This document shows, one piece after another, positions 29,323 to 38,436 of a DNA stretch of 64,000 nucleotides. Position numbers and translations under genes: made by a program. The notes below the pieces were generated by a model. It had not been told where the DNA came from, did not search any database, and worked only from the letters and a program-made list of their open reading frames with translations. Position 1 is the stretch's first letter. Each line of letters opens with the position of its first letter. The DNA lies in the IMG/VR virus record IMGVR_UViG_3300031707_000001, positions 1 through 64,000 of that record, one strand, 5' to 3'.

Positions 29323-29705
29323 ACCTTAAAGAGGCGATTGATCGCCAGGTCAAGGAATACAAGGCTATTCGTGGATGCGATCCTGACGTGCTGTATATGA
29401 CCGAAACTGCGTTCCTGTATCTGCTCATGCAGCTACACGACGAATTCAAAGACGGTCCGCATTGTACCCTGATCAACGATGCCGTTCGGCAGGGTGCAGT
29501 GCATACAGCACGGCGGGTGCGTTTCATGAATATGAGAATCTCCATCAAGGAAGAGTCCTCGAAGAGTTTCTATGTTCGGCAGAATGCTGAACTGGATGAC
29601 GGAAAAGGACTTGAACTGTCGAAGAAGAGCAAATCGCTTTTTGGTGAAATATTTGGACGTGGAGGCCTATTCGACAAAATTTTCGGGGGTGGAAAATATG
29701 AGTAG
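29319..29705 (+). CDS. Hypothetical protein
   Basis: ATGA coupling. Confidence 0.6.
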   Translation: MNLKEAIDRQVKEYKAIRGCDPDVLYMTETAFLYLLMQLHDEFKDGPHCTLINDAVRQGAVHTARRVRFMNMRISIKEESSKSFYVRQNAELDDGKGLELSKKSKSLFGEIFGRGGLFDKIFGGGKYE

Positions 29706-30126
29706 GCTATTGGCAATTGGAGTGGCTGCTCAGAGTTGGTTTGGCAACAACTTGCGGCAAATCAATGAATGTTTTGATCAAGGCTGTCCTCATGGTGGGG
29801 TAACTGATCTACGTAAGTCTTTGAGTTATTGCCTCCAGAGTGCAGAGCCCGGTTTGACCAAGACTGAATTGGACATGCTGATAAAGATCGAACTATCGGA
29901 GTCCTCTGATGATTAAAGAAAAAACAGAAATATTTGTCGTACAACGATATCGAAGTATGGATCATCGTTGGCTTTATGTGATAGCAAGTTGGGGGTTGCC
30001 TGGGGCCACAAGAGTCTGTCGCAAGCTTCAACAGGGAAATCCAGTACCGTTACTGAGAATAGTCAGGTATGTAAAATCTGTTGTTATTGAATATCCAACC
30101 CGAAAAGAAGCGAGGCACTGCAAATC

Positions 30127-30300
30127 ATGCAAACAGAAGTGTCAATGCACCCCTGCGAACCGAAGCTCTCGGAACTGCTGAAGATCCAGCGTGAACTGTT
30201 CGTGGAGCCCAGCACCGACGAGAACATGAAGAAACTCCAGGCAATCAAAGGCCAGATCGAACGGCACGTTGCGGCCGGCGAGAAGATGGAATCCGTATAA
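30127..30300 (+). CDS. Small hypothetical protein (57 aa)
   Basis: MQTEVSMHPCEPKLSELL..KMESV, GAGG RBS. Confidence 0.5.
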   Translation: MQTEVSMHPCEPKLSELLKIQRELFVEPSTDENMKKLQAIKGQIERHVAAGEKMESV

Positions 30301-30402
30301 ACGTCAATGGTGGATCGTTCAGCCGTTGGCCCGGCCGGTACCACGGCTGAAAGGTGAGGGTTTAGAGCCACTCACCAACTCTACTAACGTGGGGATGGTT
30401 TA
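30300..30402 (+). ncRNA. 103-nt structured element, copy 1
   Basis: Hairpins TTCAGCCG/CGGCTGAA, GGTGAG/CTCACC, CTCTAC/GTGGGG; 98/103 identical to copy 2. Confidence 0.65.
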
Positions 30403-30449
30403 AGGATTGCTTCTGATTGCCAAGTGTGGTTGAATATTTGTGGACAGAT

Positions 30450-30536
30450 TCGGGAGTCGCCTAATGGTCTGGCAGCGGCCTGTTAAGCCGCCGCTGCGGA
30501 AGCAGCCTGCAGGTTCGAATCCTGCCTCCCGAGCCA
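30450..30536 (+). tRNA. tRNA-Asn(GUU) with long variable arm
   Basis: Loop CT-GTT-AA, G73, V arm GCTGC-GGAA-GCAGC, CCA. Confidence 0.88.
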
Positions 30537-30537
30537 C

Positions 30538-30612
30538 GTCCCCATAGACTAGCGGTTAGGTCATCGCCCTTTCACGGCGATCGGGGGAGTTCGAATCTCC
30601 CTGGGGACACCA
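30538..30612 (+). tRNA. tRNA-Glu(UUC)
   Basis: Loop CT-TTC-AC, CCA. Confidence 0.93.
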
Positions 30613-30628
30613 GTTTCGAAGGAGCATT

Positions 30629-30859
30629 ATGGTTGGTCAAGGCACGCAATCAGCATCGCATGAATACGTCGTGGGTCCCGATACAAGTACGGCGCCTACA
30701 GTTGATGGATGTACAATAACGTTTACGATCGATCCGGTAAAGCTATCGGTGGACAAAGCCGAAGCTGAAGCAAAGCGGCGCCAAGAAAACATAGAGCACG
30801 AACGCAAGGTTTGGCAGGAGCGGCGAAAAGCACTTCGAAAACTCTCGAAGATTTCATGA
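30629..30859 (+). CDS. Hypothetical protein
   Basis: AAGGAG RBS. Confidence 0.6.
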   Translation: MVGQGTQSASHEYVVGPDTSTAPTVDGCTITFTIDPVKLSVDKAEAEAKRRQENIEHERKVWQERRKALRKLSKIS

Positions 30860-30884
30860 TCGAAAGTTAGCAAACATGTATATT

Positions 30885-30987
30885 AACGTCAACGGTGGAT
30901 CGTTCAGCCGTTGGCCCAGCCAGTACCTTGGCTGAAAGGTGAGGGTTTAGAGCCACTCACCAACTCTACTAACGTGGGGATGGTTTA
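30885..30987 (+). ncRNA. 103-nt structured element, copy 2
   Basis: Direct repeat of 30300-30402 with 5 substitutions. Confidence 0.65.
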
Positions 30988-31226
30988 CATGTATAGTTAC
31001 TGTTATGGAACAGCACATACATTGCTTTGAGCACGTCTTCGGCCGGTGTGATCGTTGTCGGTCGAACAAGGACACTGATTTCAAGAATCAGGATTGTTCG
31101 AATTTTAAGCCTGTGCTTGTTGTCGATAAATCAGAGAACCGCTATGCTGTCGTTACTTACAATACTGATCATACTGTGTCTAATTCTCCTGTTCAATAAT
31201 CCCAACACACCGAAACAATCTTGAAT

Positions 31227-31303
31227 GGGGGCGTAACTCAACTGGTTAGAGTGCCACTCTGATACGGTGGATGTTATAGGTTCAACTCCTGTCGCCCCTA
31301 CCA
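31227..31303 (+). tRNA. tRNA-Ile(GAU)
   Basis: Loop CT-GAT-AC, CCA. Confidence 0.93.
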
Positions 31304-31388
31304 TTTCCCTGTGGCTGAGCCAGGACGAGCAGGCGATTGTAGTGCCACGGGGTACGGGGCAGCTCGACCCCGTCTATTGGAGGGTTGT

Positions 31389-32231
31389 ATGCTTTACATT
31401 GCAACCGTGCATCACCATAGCCAGGTATGGGTTGGATTGCAGCTACGTTTTCTTCTGGCCAATACCCATGTGCCTTTCAAGATCTTTGCTGTCTGTAACG
31501 GAGTAGAACCCGGGTTGATGGTAAAGTTTGGTATGGTTTATCGTACAAAGTTTCGAAGCACGGGTTCCCAGAATCACGCCGAGAATCTAAACTTCTTGGG
31601 TCGTGAGATCCTGCGGGAAGCCAAGCCGGACGATCGCATTATTTTTATGGATAGTGATGCTTTTCCCGTCAGTCCGGAATGGTTGGCTAAGTTGGATAAG
31701 TGGTTAACTGAGACGCCGCTTGCGGCAGCCAGACGTGACCAAGGACCCAGCCCAATGATACCTCATCCTTCGTTTTGTGCTACAACGGCTGCATTCTGGA
31801 AAAAGCTTCCAGGTGATTGGTTACCCTCACCGCATAAGCTAATCGATGGCACCTTAGTTGATGATACTGGAAGCAAGCTCTACAGACGTTTGGTTGAGCA
31901 TTCCATATCGTGGCGAGCGATACGTAAAACCAATCATGTATTTGATCCACACCCAACAAAATTCTCGCTATATGGGGATGTAATTTACCACGACGGCGCC
32001 GGATCCAGAACCGGATATCCAGACATGAATTCTGGTGGAAGTATGAGCTTGTATGTCCGTTTGCTTTCCGATATCATGTTGCGGTTAATGGATGACCATA
32101 GCGATTTCTATCAACTATTTACGAACGGAAAATACCTGGACGCAGTAAGGCAAGCTGCACACAAAAAAGGAATACCCGATGAGCTTTTTAGGACCTATGT
32201 CAAAAAAGAGACTACTGAAGGGCCTCGATGA
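31389..32231 (+). CDS. GT-A-like glycosyltransferase
   Basis: IIFMDSDAFP (DxD) and PHPSFC; GGAGG RBS before ATG 31389. Confidence 0.6.
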   Translation: MLYIATVHHHSQVWVGLQLRFLLANTHVPFKIFAVCNGVEPGLMVKFGMVYRTKFRSTGSQNHAENLNFLGREILREAKPDDRIIFMDSDAFPVSPEWLAKLDKWLTETPLAAARRDQGPSPMIPHPSFCATTAAFWKKLPGDWLPSPHKLIDGTLVDDTGSKLYRRLVEHSISWRAIRKTNHVFDPHPTKFSLYGDVIYHDGAGSRTGYPDMNSGGSMSLYVRLLSDIMLRLMDDHSDFYQLFTNGKYLDAVRQAAHKKGIPDELFRTYVKKETTEGPR

Positions 32232-32379
32232 GCAGATCGAGAACAGGAAGTACGATCTGACGGATACCATGCTGTCTCACGAGCCACTTCTGGATAGAGA
32301 GGCTGTGATTAAAACCCTGAAATCCGAGATCGCCCAGATGCGACAATTGAGAGACAGCCTGGAACCGCTTCTTGAATGA
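32179..32379 (+). CDS. Hypothetical protein
   Basis: Stop codon abuts tRNA-Ile. Confidence 0.5.
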   Translation: MSFLGPMSKKRLLKGLDEQIENRKYDLTDTMLSHEPLLDREAVIKTLKSEIAQMRQLRDSLEPLLE

Positions 32380-32455
32380 GGGCGGGTAGCTCAACGGTAA
32401 GAGCAGGGTGCTTATAACGCCAAGGTCGAAGGTTCAACTCCTTCTCCGCCTACCA
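32380..32455 (+). tRNA. tRNA-Ile(UAU)
   Basis: Loop CT-TAT-AA, A73, CCA. Confidence 0.88.
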
Positions 32456-32475
32456 GCTTACGAAAGGACAAAGCT

Positions 32476-32643
32476 ATGTCTAAAACGGTTATTAAGATAC
32501 ATCCCATATCGCAAGGTATATCGTTTGGAGCTGCATTGGCTTTGGTGTTGAGCTATACAACACACCATTCCATTTTGTGGGCCATCGTGAACGGCTTTTT
32601 CGGATGGTTCTACGTTATCTACTGGGCGCTTAAATTTGGATGA
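32476..32643 (+). CDS. Small membrane protein (55 aa)
   Basis: GISFGAALALVLSY..SILWAIVNGFFGWFYVIYW; AAGGA RBS. Confidence 0.65.
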   Translation: MSKTVIKIHPISQGISFGAALALVLSYTTHHSILWAIVNGFFGWFYVIYWALKFG

Positions 32644-32758
32644 AAACAGGAAGGTGCTTCGGCAACGAGCACACAGGGTGAATCAACACCGTCATGCGCC
32701 GGCGAGTCTGCTCTCTTGGGTCCGGCGCCATAATAGAGGGCAGGCTTCCTGTGCCTTT

Positions 32759-32834
32759 GGGGGTGTGACGCAATGGGCAGCGTACCAGGTTTTTACCCTG
32801 GGAGTTAAGAGTTCGAGTCTCTTCGCCCCTACCA
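32759..32834 (+). tRNA. tRNA-Lys(UUU)
   Basis: Loop TT-TTT-AC, CCA. Confidence 0.88.
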
Positions 32835-32849
32835 ACAACGGAGGTATAG

Positions 32850-33419
32850 ATGAAGTTCGACAAGATCAAGGACATTCTTCACCCGAACGATCCCACAGGA
32901 AAAGAATTCCTGTCGTGGTACCCGGAGTACTACGGGGTCAAACAAGAGATTGTTCAGCAATGCAAACCCAATATCATTTGCGAGATTGGGATTCGTGCTG
33001 GCTATTCTGCTATGGCTTTCCTGGATGCCTGTCCAGATGCTATCTACTTTGGGTTCGATGCTGATAACGGCAGTCATGGTGGTCACGTAGGGTTTACTGA
33101 TTGGGCCCGCAGTTTGCTGAAGAAGGCAGGTTATGCCCATAAGATCTGGGCACCCTTCAATACGCAGGAAGTACTTTGCTTGCCTGTACGAGCAGACTTC
33201 TACCACGTTGATGGAGACCATACGACAGATGGTTGCTACCACGACATCAAAATGTGCTTTGAAGATGCAATGCCTGGGGCCTATATCTTGGTGGACGATT
33301 TTGACTTCTTGGGTGATGTACGTCGAGCGGTGAATAGCTTCATCAACGCATATACGAATGCAATCATTCCCCGGTACATTAAGTCCAAGCGAGGCGAAAT
33401 GCTTATCAGGAAACTGTAG
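32850..33419 (+). CDS. Class I SAM methyltransferase (Methyltransf_24-like)
   Basis: CEIGIRAGYS, HVDGDH and ILVDD motifs. Confidence 0.85.
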   Translation: MKFDKIKDILHPNDPTGKEFLSWYPEYYGVKQEIVQQCKPNIICEIGIRAGYSAMAFLDACPDAIYFGFDADNGSHGGHVGFTDWARSLLKKAGYAHKIWAPFNTQEVLCLPVRADFYHVDGDHTTDGCYHDIKMCFEDAMPGAYILVDDFDFLGDVRRAVNSFINAYTNAIIPRYIKSKRGEMLIRKL

Positions 33420-33446
33420 ACAGCCGTCCTGGATTGTGGTAGGGTA

Positions 33447-33653
33447 TTGTCGAATATGGAGTCCAATATGGCCACGAGAACCATGCATGAAGTCGAAGCT
33501 GATTGCCGGCAAAGTCTGGAAGAGCTGAAGTCTTTGCTGGAAGGCAAACCTACTGCCAAGATGTCAGAGGAACAGCTTCGGGAAGCCATGCCGTTTTTTG
33601 AGGACCTGTTTGGATTCAAATCGGTACCGAAAAAGCCCGCCGAGAACTATTGA
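33447..33653 (+). CDS. Hypothetical protein
   Basis: 68 aa or shorter, start uncertain. Confidence 0.45.
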   Translation: MSNMESNMATRTMHEVEADCRQSLEELKSLLEGKPTAKMSEEQLREAMPFFEDLFGFKSVPKKPAENY

Positions 33654-33670
33654 GTTTGATACATGTTTTT

Positions 33671-33759
33671 GGCGGGGTGGCCGAATTGGTGAAAGCGCCA
33701 GACTGTAGATCTGGTCCCACTGGGTAAACTTAGGGGTTCGAATCCTCTCCCCGCCACCA
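33671..33759 (+). tRNA. tRNA-Tyr(GUA)
   Basis: Loop CT-GTA-GA, long V region, CCA. Confidence 0.92.
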
Positions 33760-33954
33760 ATTTCGAAAGGAGAAACACGAAATGGCAATGTCACTGGGAA
33801 CTAAAGGATACAACGGCGTAAGCCTGGTACGTGACACGAAGAAGTTCAAACAGAATTTCGACGATATTGATTTTAGTAAGGCACCACAGAGGATGCCAGT
33901 TCGTATGCGAGGGGGAAAGAAGACCTATGCATACGGCAAGGCAGGAGTAAAAGA

Positions 33955-34662
33955 ATGAACAGTCAAGCAATTCGCAAGGTACTAAAGGGCAAGGCGGACA
34001 AAGAAGGTAAAACTCCGGCCGACGTCGATCAGAAACAGTTGGCTCGGGGTGTTCAGGTCGAAAAGGAACATACGCCAAAGCCTCAGATTGCCAAACGAAT
34101 TGCAACGGACCATCTGGTAGAGATACCAGATTACTATACGAGGTTAGACAAAATGGAATCACAAGCCAAGAAAGCGTGTGGACATATGAGTTCTGATCAA
34201 CCTGCTCCGGGTGAATCCCAACACGATATCGAAACCAAAGGCAAGAAAGCAAAGGTTTCGTTGAGTGGTGACAAGATTGAACCTCGGAAAGTGGGTCCGT
34301 GGGACACGGAAGGTTCGCCGGAGAACGTAGGGGAAACCTACAAAGACCTGGCGACCAAGGAAGCCTATTGGATAGGCTTTTCTCTGCGCTGCACATCACA
34401 CGGCACAACTCCGGAAGTGATATTTGCGGCCGGCACCAAGATGGCTATGGAACACGCTATGGCGGCGCCCAATTCGGTTGCCTTCAAGGACAGCAAGATT
34501 CCTGTGAAATATAGCAGGAAAGACGTTGTGGATCACAACGAGCGCAAGGAAGATGCTGATACTGATACAGTACGGCGTGAGACCCAAGGTAAGAAAGAAG
34601 AGTCCAAAGACATTTTGACATCCCCTGTAAAGGGTAATCAGTTGGAACGCAGTAACGGTTAA
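33955..34662 (+). CDS. DUF5661-like protein
   Basis: QLARGVQVEKEH..IATDHLVEIPDYYTRL. Confidence 0.7.
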   Translation: MNSQAIRKVLKGKADKEGKTPADVDQKQLARGVQVEKEHTPKPQIAKRIATDHLVEIPDYYTRLDKMESQAKKACGHMSSDQPAPGESQHDIETKGKKAKVSLSGDKIEPRKVGPWDTEGSPENVGETYKDLATKEAYWIGFSLRCTSHGTTPEVIFAAGTKMAMEHAMAAPNSVAFKDSKIPVKYSRKDVVDHNERKEDADTDTVRRETQGKKEESKDILTSPVKGNQLERSNG

Positions 34663-34757
34663 CATGAATTCTCTCAAGACAGTACAGCACCTGAGACTAC
34701 CGGCACATCCATTGTGTCCCGTAGCGGGATAGCTGTCTGTCGCCCCCTCAACCCGGA

Positions 34758-34790
34758 ATCAGGCAGCTCTCTAGGCTGCCTGATTTTTTT
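34758..34790 (+). terminator. Rho-independent terminator
   Basis: ATCAGGCAGC/GCTGCCTGAT followed by a T run. Confidence 0.85.
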
Positions 34791-34804
34791 ATGGAAAGGA
34801 AACT

Positions 34805-35092
34805 ATGACAGTAGGACTCAGATATCAATACAGAGACCTAGAACCCGGTGACATCGTCAATGCGGTTGTATTGTATTTCTACAATGTCGATCCAGGGAAA
34901 CAACTTGAGGCCTTGTTTAGCGGAGCAAATGAAGCGTACTTGGAAAACTGGTTAGTAACGTACCATGCAGGCTTTACTGAATTTTGGGGCAGACTCGATT
35001 CCGAAAAGAAGGATCAATATGTAGAAGCTGCTCTCACTAAGTATGCAGACGAAGTAAGGAAGAATCGCAAGGAAATTGAACGACATACGTAG
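34805..35092 (+). CDS. Hypothetical protein
   Basis: AAGGA RBS; stop lies inside tRNA-Cys. Confidence 0.65.
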   Translation: MTVGLRYQYRDLEPGDIVNAVVLYFYNVDPGKQLEALFSGANEAYLENWLVTYHAGFTEFWGRLDSEKKDQYVEAALTKYADEVRKNRKEIERHT

Positions 35093-35162
35093 GGTAGCTG
35101 AACGGTAAGGCGGTTGCCTGCAGAGCAACAAACAGTGGGTTCAACTCCCACCCCTACGTCCA
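35088..35162 (+). tRNA. tRNA-Cys(GCA)
   Basis: Loop CT-GCA-GA, U73, CCA. Confidence 0.9.
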
Positions 35163-35163
35163 C

Positions 35164-35248
35164 GGGAGCGTGGTGGAATTCGCAGACACGTAAGATTTAG
35201 GATCTTATGCCGAAAGGCTTTCGGGTTCAAGTCCCGACGCTCCTACCA
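35164..35248 (+). tRNA. tRNA-Leu(UAG)
   Basis: Loop TT-TAG-GA, V arm GCC-GAAA-GGC, CCA. Confidence 0.9.
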
Positions 35249-35907
35249 TCAACTATATTGCGAATGATTGTAAGAAACTTTATAGCTTTACATTCTTTGA
35301 AATACGTCAATCCAGATACATCAATGATACAAAGTTCGATGCCATGTTCAGCACAAGCCAGCATCTTTCTATGATCGTTGGTTTTGATAGAAGCTAATTT
35401 ATTTGGGCCGTAGATGGGTTCGTAATGAAAGATACCGTTTAACTCAAAGGCTAGTTTCAAAGTTGGAATGTAAATATCAAGTTCGCCATTGATGGCATCC
35501 TTTCGGTTGAAATGAAATTCAAGTTTAGGGTATAACTTGAGTAATTCTGTAGCTAACCAAGCCTCAAGTTTGGACACACGGGTACCTTTGGTCTTATGAG
35601 TGTTGTTCCAAGTTGCAGCACATGATTGTGAACAGAAATGATGCTTAGTTTTTCTTATCTGACCGGCACGTTTGTAAAAAAGTTTTTGGCACTGTTGACA
35701 GTTCATTTTAATACGTGGGTGCTGATAACGATCTTGGCAAGATGTAGAACAAAATTCACCTGTTGAATGCTTATTGGTTTTGTTCAAAATAGCTTTTATT
35801 TCATGCTTGGTCCGATATGCGGTTTTATTGCAGTATTTACATCGCAGCGGAACTAGTTGTAGCGACTTATATGTGGCAAATTCTTTATCTGTACATAGCA
35901 ATTTCAT
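35227..35907 (-). CDS. Homing-type endonuclease (Zn fingers plus Vsr/EDxHD-like PD-(D/E)XK domain)
   Basis: FCSxSC repeats; ELDIYIP..LAFELNGIFHY; the only convincing minus-strand gene; AT-rich. Confidence 0.8.
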   Translation of the reverse strand: MKLLCTDKEFATYKSLQLVPLRCKYCNKTAYRTKHEIKAILNKTNKHSTGEFCSTSCQDRYQHPRIKMNCQQCQKLFYKRAGQIRKTKHHFCSQSCAATWNNTHKTKGTRVSKLEAWLATELLKLYPKLEFHFNRKDAINGELDIYIPTLKLAFELNGIFHYEPIYGPNKLASIKTNDHRKMLACAEHGIELCIIDVSGLTYFKECKAIKFLTIIRNIVDGRSVGT

Positions 35908-35914
35908 AGATGCT

Positions 35915-35943
35915 ATACTAAACCAAAAGATTGCCGATTGCAA
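35915..35943 (-). promoter_or_regulatory. Sigma70-like promoter of minus-strand endonuclease (leaderless)
   Basis: TTGCAA-N17-TAGTAT, ATG 7 nt downstream. Confidence 0.65.
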
Positions 35944-35954
35944 CAAATATTGTT

Positions 35955-35977
35955 TTCAAATCCCTCCCGGCCTACCA
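35955..35977 (+). pseudogene. Orphan tRNA 3' end (T loop to CCA)
   Basis: TTCAAATCCCTCCCGGCCTACCA, 20/23 identical to the 3' end of tRNA-Leu(UAA). Confidence 0.55.
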
Positions 35978-35993
35978 ATTTAAGGAGAAGCAA

Positions 35994-36212
35994 ATGAGTT
36001 GTTGTCCGTGTCGAGTAATAGGTCCCGGAACGTTTCCTCCGGACGATCCAGACGGATCAAAAGCCAGAGCACAAGTAATAGGGCATGCTTTAGATCATGC
36101 AGCTTACGGATGGGCAAAAGGGTTACCAGTACGAAATGATCGGCGTGATTGGACACTTGAAGAAATTGAGCTTTACAATAAAACCTACGATAAAGCAATG
36201 GCAGATATATGA
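35994..36212 (+). CDS. Hypothetical protein
   Basis: AAGGAG RBS. Confidence 0.55.
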   Translation: MSCCPCRVIGPGTFPPDDPDGSKARAQVIGHALDHAAYGWAKGLPVRNDRRDWTLEEIELYNKTYDKAMADI

Positions 36213-36610
36213 ATATATTAATTTTGGAAGACGACACCACCCGACATGAGAAGTTCAAGCAGAATACTGTTGGACACGCACGGGTCATTGTGGATCAGGC
36301 GCAGGCTTGTATTGGCGCCTTGACAGCGGCCGTAGAGCTGGATAAACCCATTGACGTGCTTTTCCTGGACCACGACTTGGGTGGTCACATCATGCAGGAA
36401 TCTGGACCCGGGACGGGGTACGAGGTAGCCTGTTGGTTGGAGAAGCACCCACGGTATCAACCTAAGCATATTGTGATACACAGTTTCAATCCTGACGGCG
36501 CCATGCGAATGCAGGCTGCCTTGCCTAAGGCGGTACGGATGCCTGGAGCATGGGATCTGGACATTTACGCAATCATCAAGTATTTGGAGGAACAATGTAC
36601 AACAACGTAG
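36209..36610 (+). CDS. Cyclic-phosphate-processing receiver (REC-like) domain protein
   Basis: ILILEDD..LFLDHDLG..GYEVACWL..HSFNP. Confidence 0.8.
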   Translation: MNILILEDDTTRHEKFKQNTVGHARVIVDQAQACIGALTAAVELDKPIDVLFLDHDLGGHIMQESGPGTGYEVACWLEKHPRYQPKHIVIHSFNPDGAMRMQAALPKAVRMPGAWDLDIYAIIKYLEEQCTTT

Positions 36611-37059
36611 CATTATTGATTGGGCATTTGATAGGAGACTATCTGTTTCAGAATGACGGCATGGCGGTAAATAAGTCAAAGCCTAGTTTTATGGGAAGTT
36701 TGTGGTGCCACTTGCATTGTATGATCTATGCTATATGCGTAGGTCTATGCGTTTGGCTGGGAGGGTGGCGTTTTCACTGGCAACCCGATCTTAGTTATAT
36801 GATGGCATTCTTGATTGCCTGGGTAACGCATTTTCCAATCGATCGCTGGGGCTTAGGTTGGAAGTGGATGAAGTTCTTCAAAATGTCCGAGTTTAAGGAT
36901 ATTGATGGTGCTGTTGGTCCAGGCGAAAAGATCAGTATTCCTTATGTTGCTGTAAAGATAGACAAGCGGCAGTACTTCATTGCGCCAGTGTACATCGCTG
37001 TGGACAATACACTGCACCTGGTGCTGATGTGGATACTTTTGAGTTTGTGTGGAAAGTGA
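36595..37059 (+). CDS. DUF3307 membrane protein
   Basis: HLIGDYLFQ, HFPID and VDNTLH motifs. Confidence 0.8.
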   Translation: MYNNVALLIGHLIGDYLFQNDGMAVNKSKPSFMGSLWCHLHCMIYAICVGLCVWLGGWRFHWQPDLSYMMAFLIAWVTHFPIDRWGLGWKWMKFFKMSEFKDIDGAVGPGEKISIPYVAVKIDKRQYFIAPVYIAVDNTLHLVLMWILLSLCGK

Positions 37060-37066
37060 GGAAAGA

Positions 37067-37465
37067 ATGCCCGAGCTACGAACGTGTGCTAGTTGTGGTG
37101 AGAAGGCCGAGTTGTGTGGTAGTTGTAGTTCCGATGGTATACAACAGCCTAAAATGTGTAAGAAGTGTTTGATAGAAGCCATGGGCACTGACTTCGAAAA
37201 TCAGAAGATAAATGATGTCTACTATCTGCGTCAGCTGGCAGAGGCCGACGACAAGCAATCCTTCGATGGTTTGATCAAGGGCTTCTCGGAGGACGAGCGA
37301 ACGAAGTTGGGTTTGCTTTACAAACTCTGGAGAGACAAAGATGAGAAAGCGTTTGAAGCTGAAAAAGCGAAGTTGTTCGATGTGCAAGGCGCACAAGATG
37401 CACGGGTCGAACCGGTGGAAGCCAAAAGAGTTGGATGCACTAAAAAGATTCGAAAGGGAAAGTAA
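37067..37465 (+). CDS. Hypothetical protein
   Basis: GAGG RBS, CxxC motifs. Confidence 0.6.
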   Translation: MPELRTCASCGEKAELCGSCSSDGIQQPKMCKKCLIEAMGTDFENQKINDVYYLRQLAEADDKQSFDGLIKGFSEDERTKLGLLYKLWRDKDEKAFEAEKAKLFDVQGAQDARVEPVEAKRVGCTKKIRKGK

Positions 37466-37471
37466 GGAACT

Positions 37472-38248
37472 ATGAAGAAAGTATTGGAAGAGCAGCTGAT
37501 TAAGAAGTATCCCAGTATCTTTGGGACTTTGTTGAATAAGCCAAAGGTAGTAAAATTCATTCTGCCCATCTACTTCGGCGTGGATACCGGGGACGGTTGG
37601 TATGACTTGCTGTACGAGCTATGCGGCCGGCTGGTACAGATAGAGAAGAACTTTGGCATCATTACGATTGCCGACCAGATCAAGGAAAAGTTTGGTGGGT
37701 TGCGCTTCTATCATCACTGTGATCTGAATCGTGAGAAGATGAAGAGTTACAAGCGTAATGGTACGTGGCACTATACCTGGGTCATGAATGGCGACGTCAA
37801 ATTGAGCAAGCCGGAGAAAGAGTTTAAGATCGAGAAGATTTGGGGTGAAATCGACGGCTTGGTATCAATGGCTGAAGCCATGAGCTATCGTATCTGTGAG
37901 CAGTGCGGATTGCCCGGAAAGCCCAACGATGCAGGTTGGATCACCACGCTGTGTGATAACTGTCGTAATGCTAAAGAGCAGGAACGAGCTGAAGGCTTAA
38001 AGCAGATACGGAAAGCAAAACGGGCATTCAAAAAGCGTGACTTGGGTACTCAAGTAGAATCAGTGTTGTTCGGAGAAGAACAAGGTGAAAGATCCAGAAA
38101 ACAGAAGCTTTTGGATGCGGCCACAAAACCCTGGCCTCGTGGAAAGATGATACGAGAAACTATCATAGCCAGATCCAAAGCTTGTATGAAAGCACTGCAT
38201 GGTGGTGTATCCGGTAACGAATTGATCGAAGGAAAGTTGGATACGTAG
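37472..38248 (+). CDS. Conserved phage hypothetical protein
   Basis: GDGWYDLL..QIKEKFGGLRFY..CEQCG. Confidence 0.75.
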   Translation: MKKVLEEQLIKKYPSIFGTLLNKPKVVKFILPIYFGVDTGDGWYDLLYELCGRLVQIEKNFGIITIADQIKEKFGGLRFYHHCDLNREKMKSYKRNGTWHYTWVMNGDVKLSKPEKEFKIEKIWGEIDGLVSMAEAMSYRICEQCGLPGKPNDAGWITTLCDNCRNAKEQERAEGLKQIRKAKRAFKKRDLGTQVESVLFGEEQGERSRKQKLLDAATKPWPRGKMIRETIIARSKACMKALHGGVSGNELIEGKLDT

Positions 38249-38334
38249 CCGGCGTATCCGAATTGGTAGCAGGAGGCAGACTCAAAATCTGCTGGAGCAA
38301 TCCCATGCGGGTTCGACTCCCGCCGCCGGCACCA
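38248..38334 (+). tRNA. tRNA-Leu(CAA)
   Basis: Loop CT-CAA-AA, long V arm, CCA. Confidence 0.92.
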
Positions 38335-38336
38335 AT

Positions 38337-38410
38337 CGGAGCGTAGCCCAGTTGGCTAGGGCGTCTGGCCTGGGACCAGAAGGTCGGCAGTTCGAGTCTG
38401 CCCGCTCCGA
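38337..38410 (+). tRNA. tRNA-Pro(UGG), C33, no encoded CCA (CTA)
   Basis: C1-G72, A73, loop CC-TGG-GA. Confidence 0.85.
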
Positions 38411-38436
38411 CTACTCTAGGAGGTTATGAAAGCAGT

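Noticed and set aside
30300-30987. Insertion sequence, or hammerhead/twister/pistol ribozyme or known riboswitch
   Set aside because: Direct rather than inverted repeats, no transposase, and no CUGANGA/GAAA or other recognisable catalytic or aptamer consensus.
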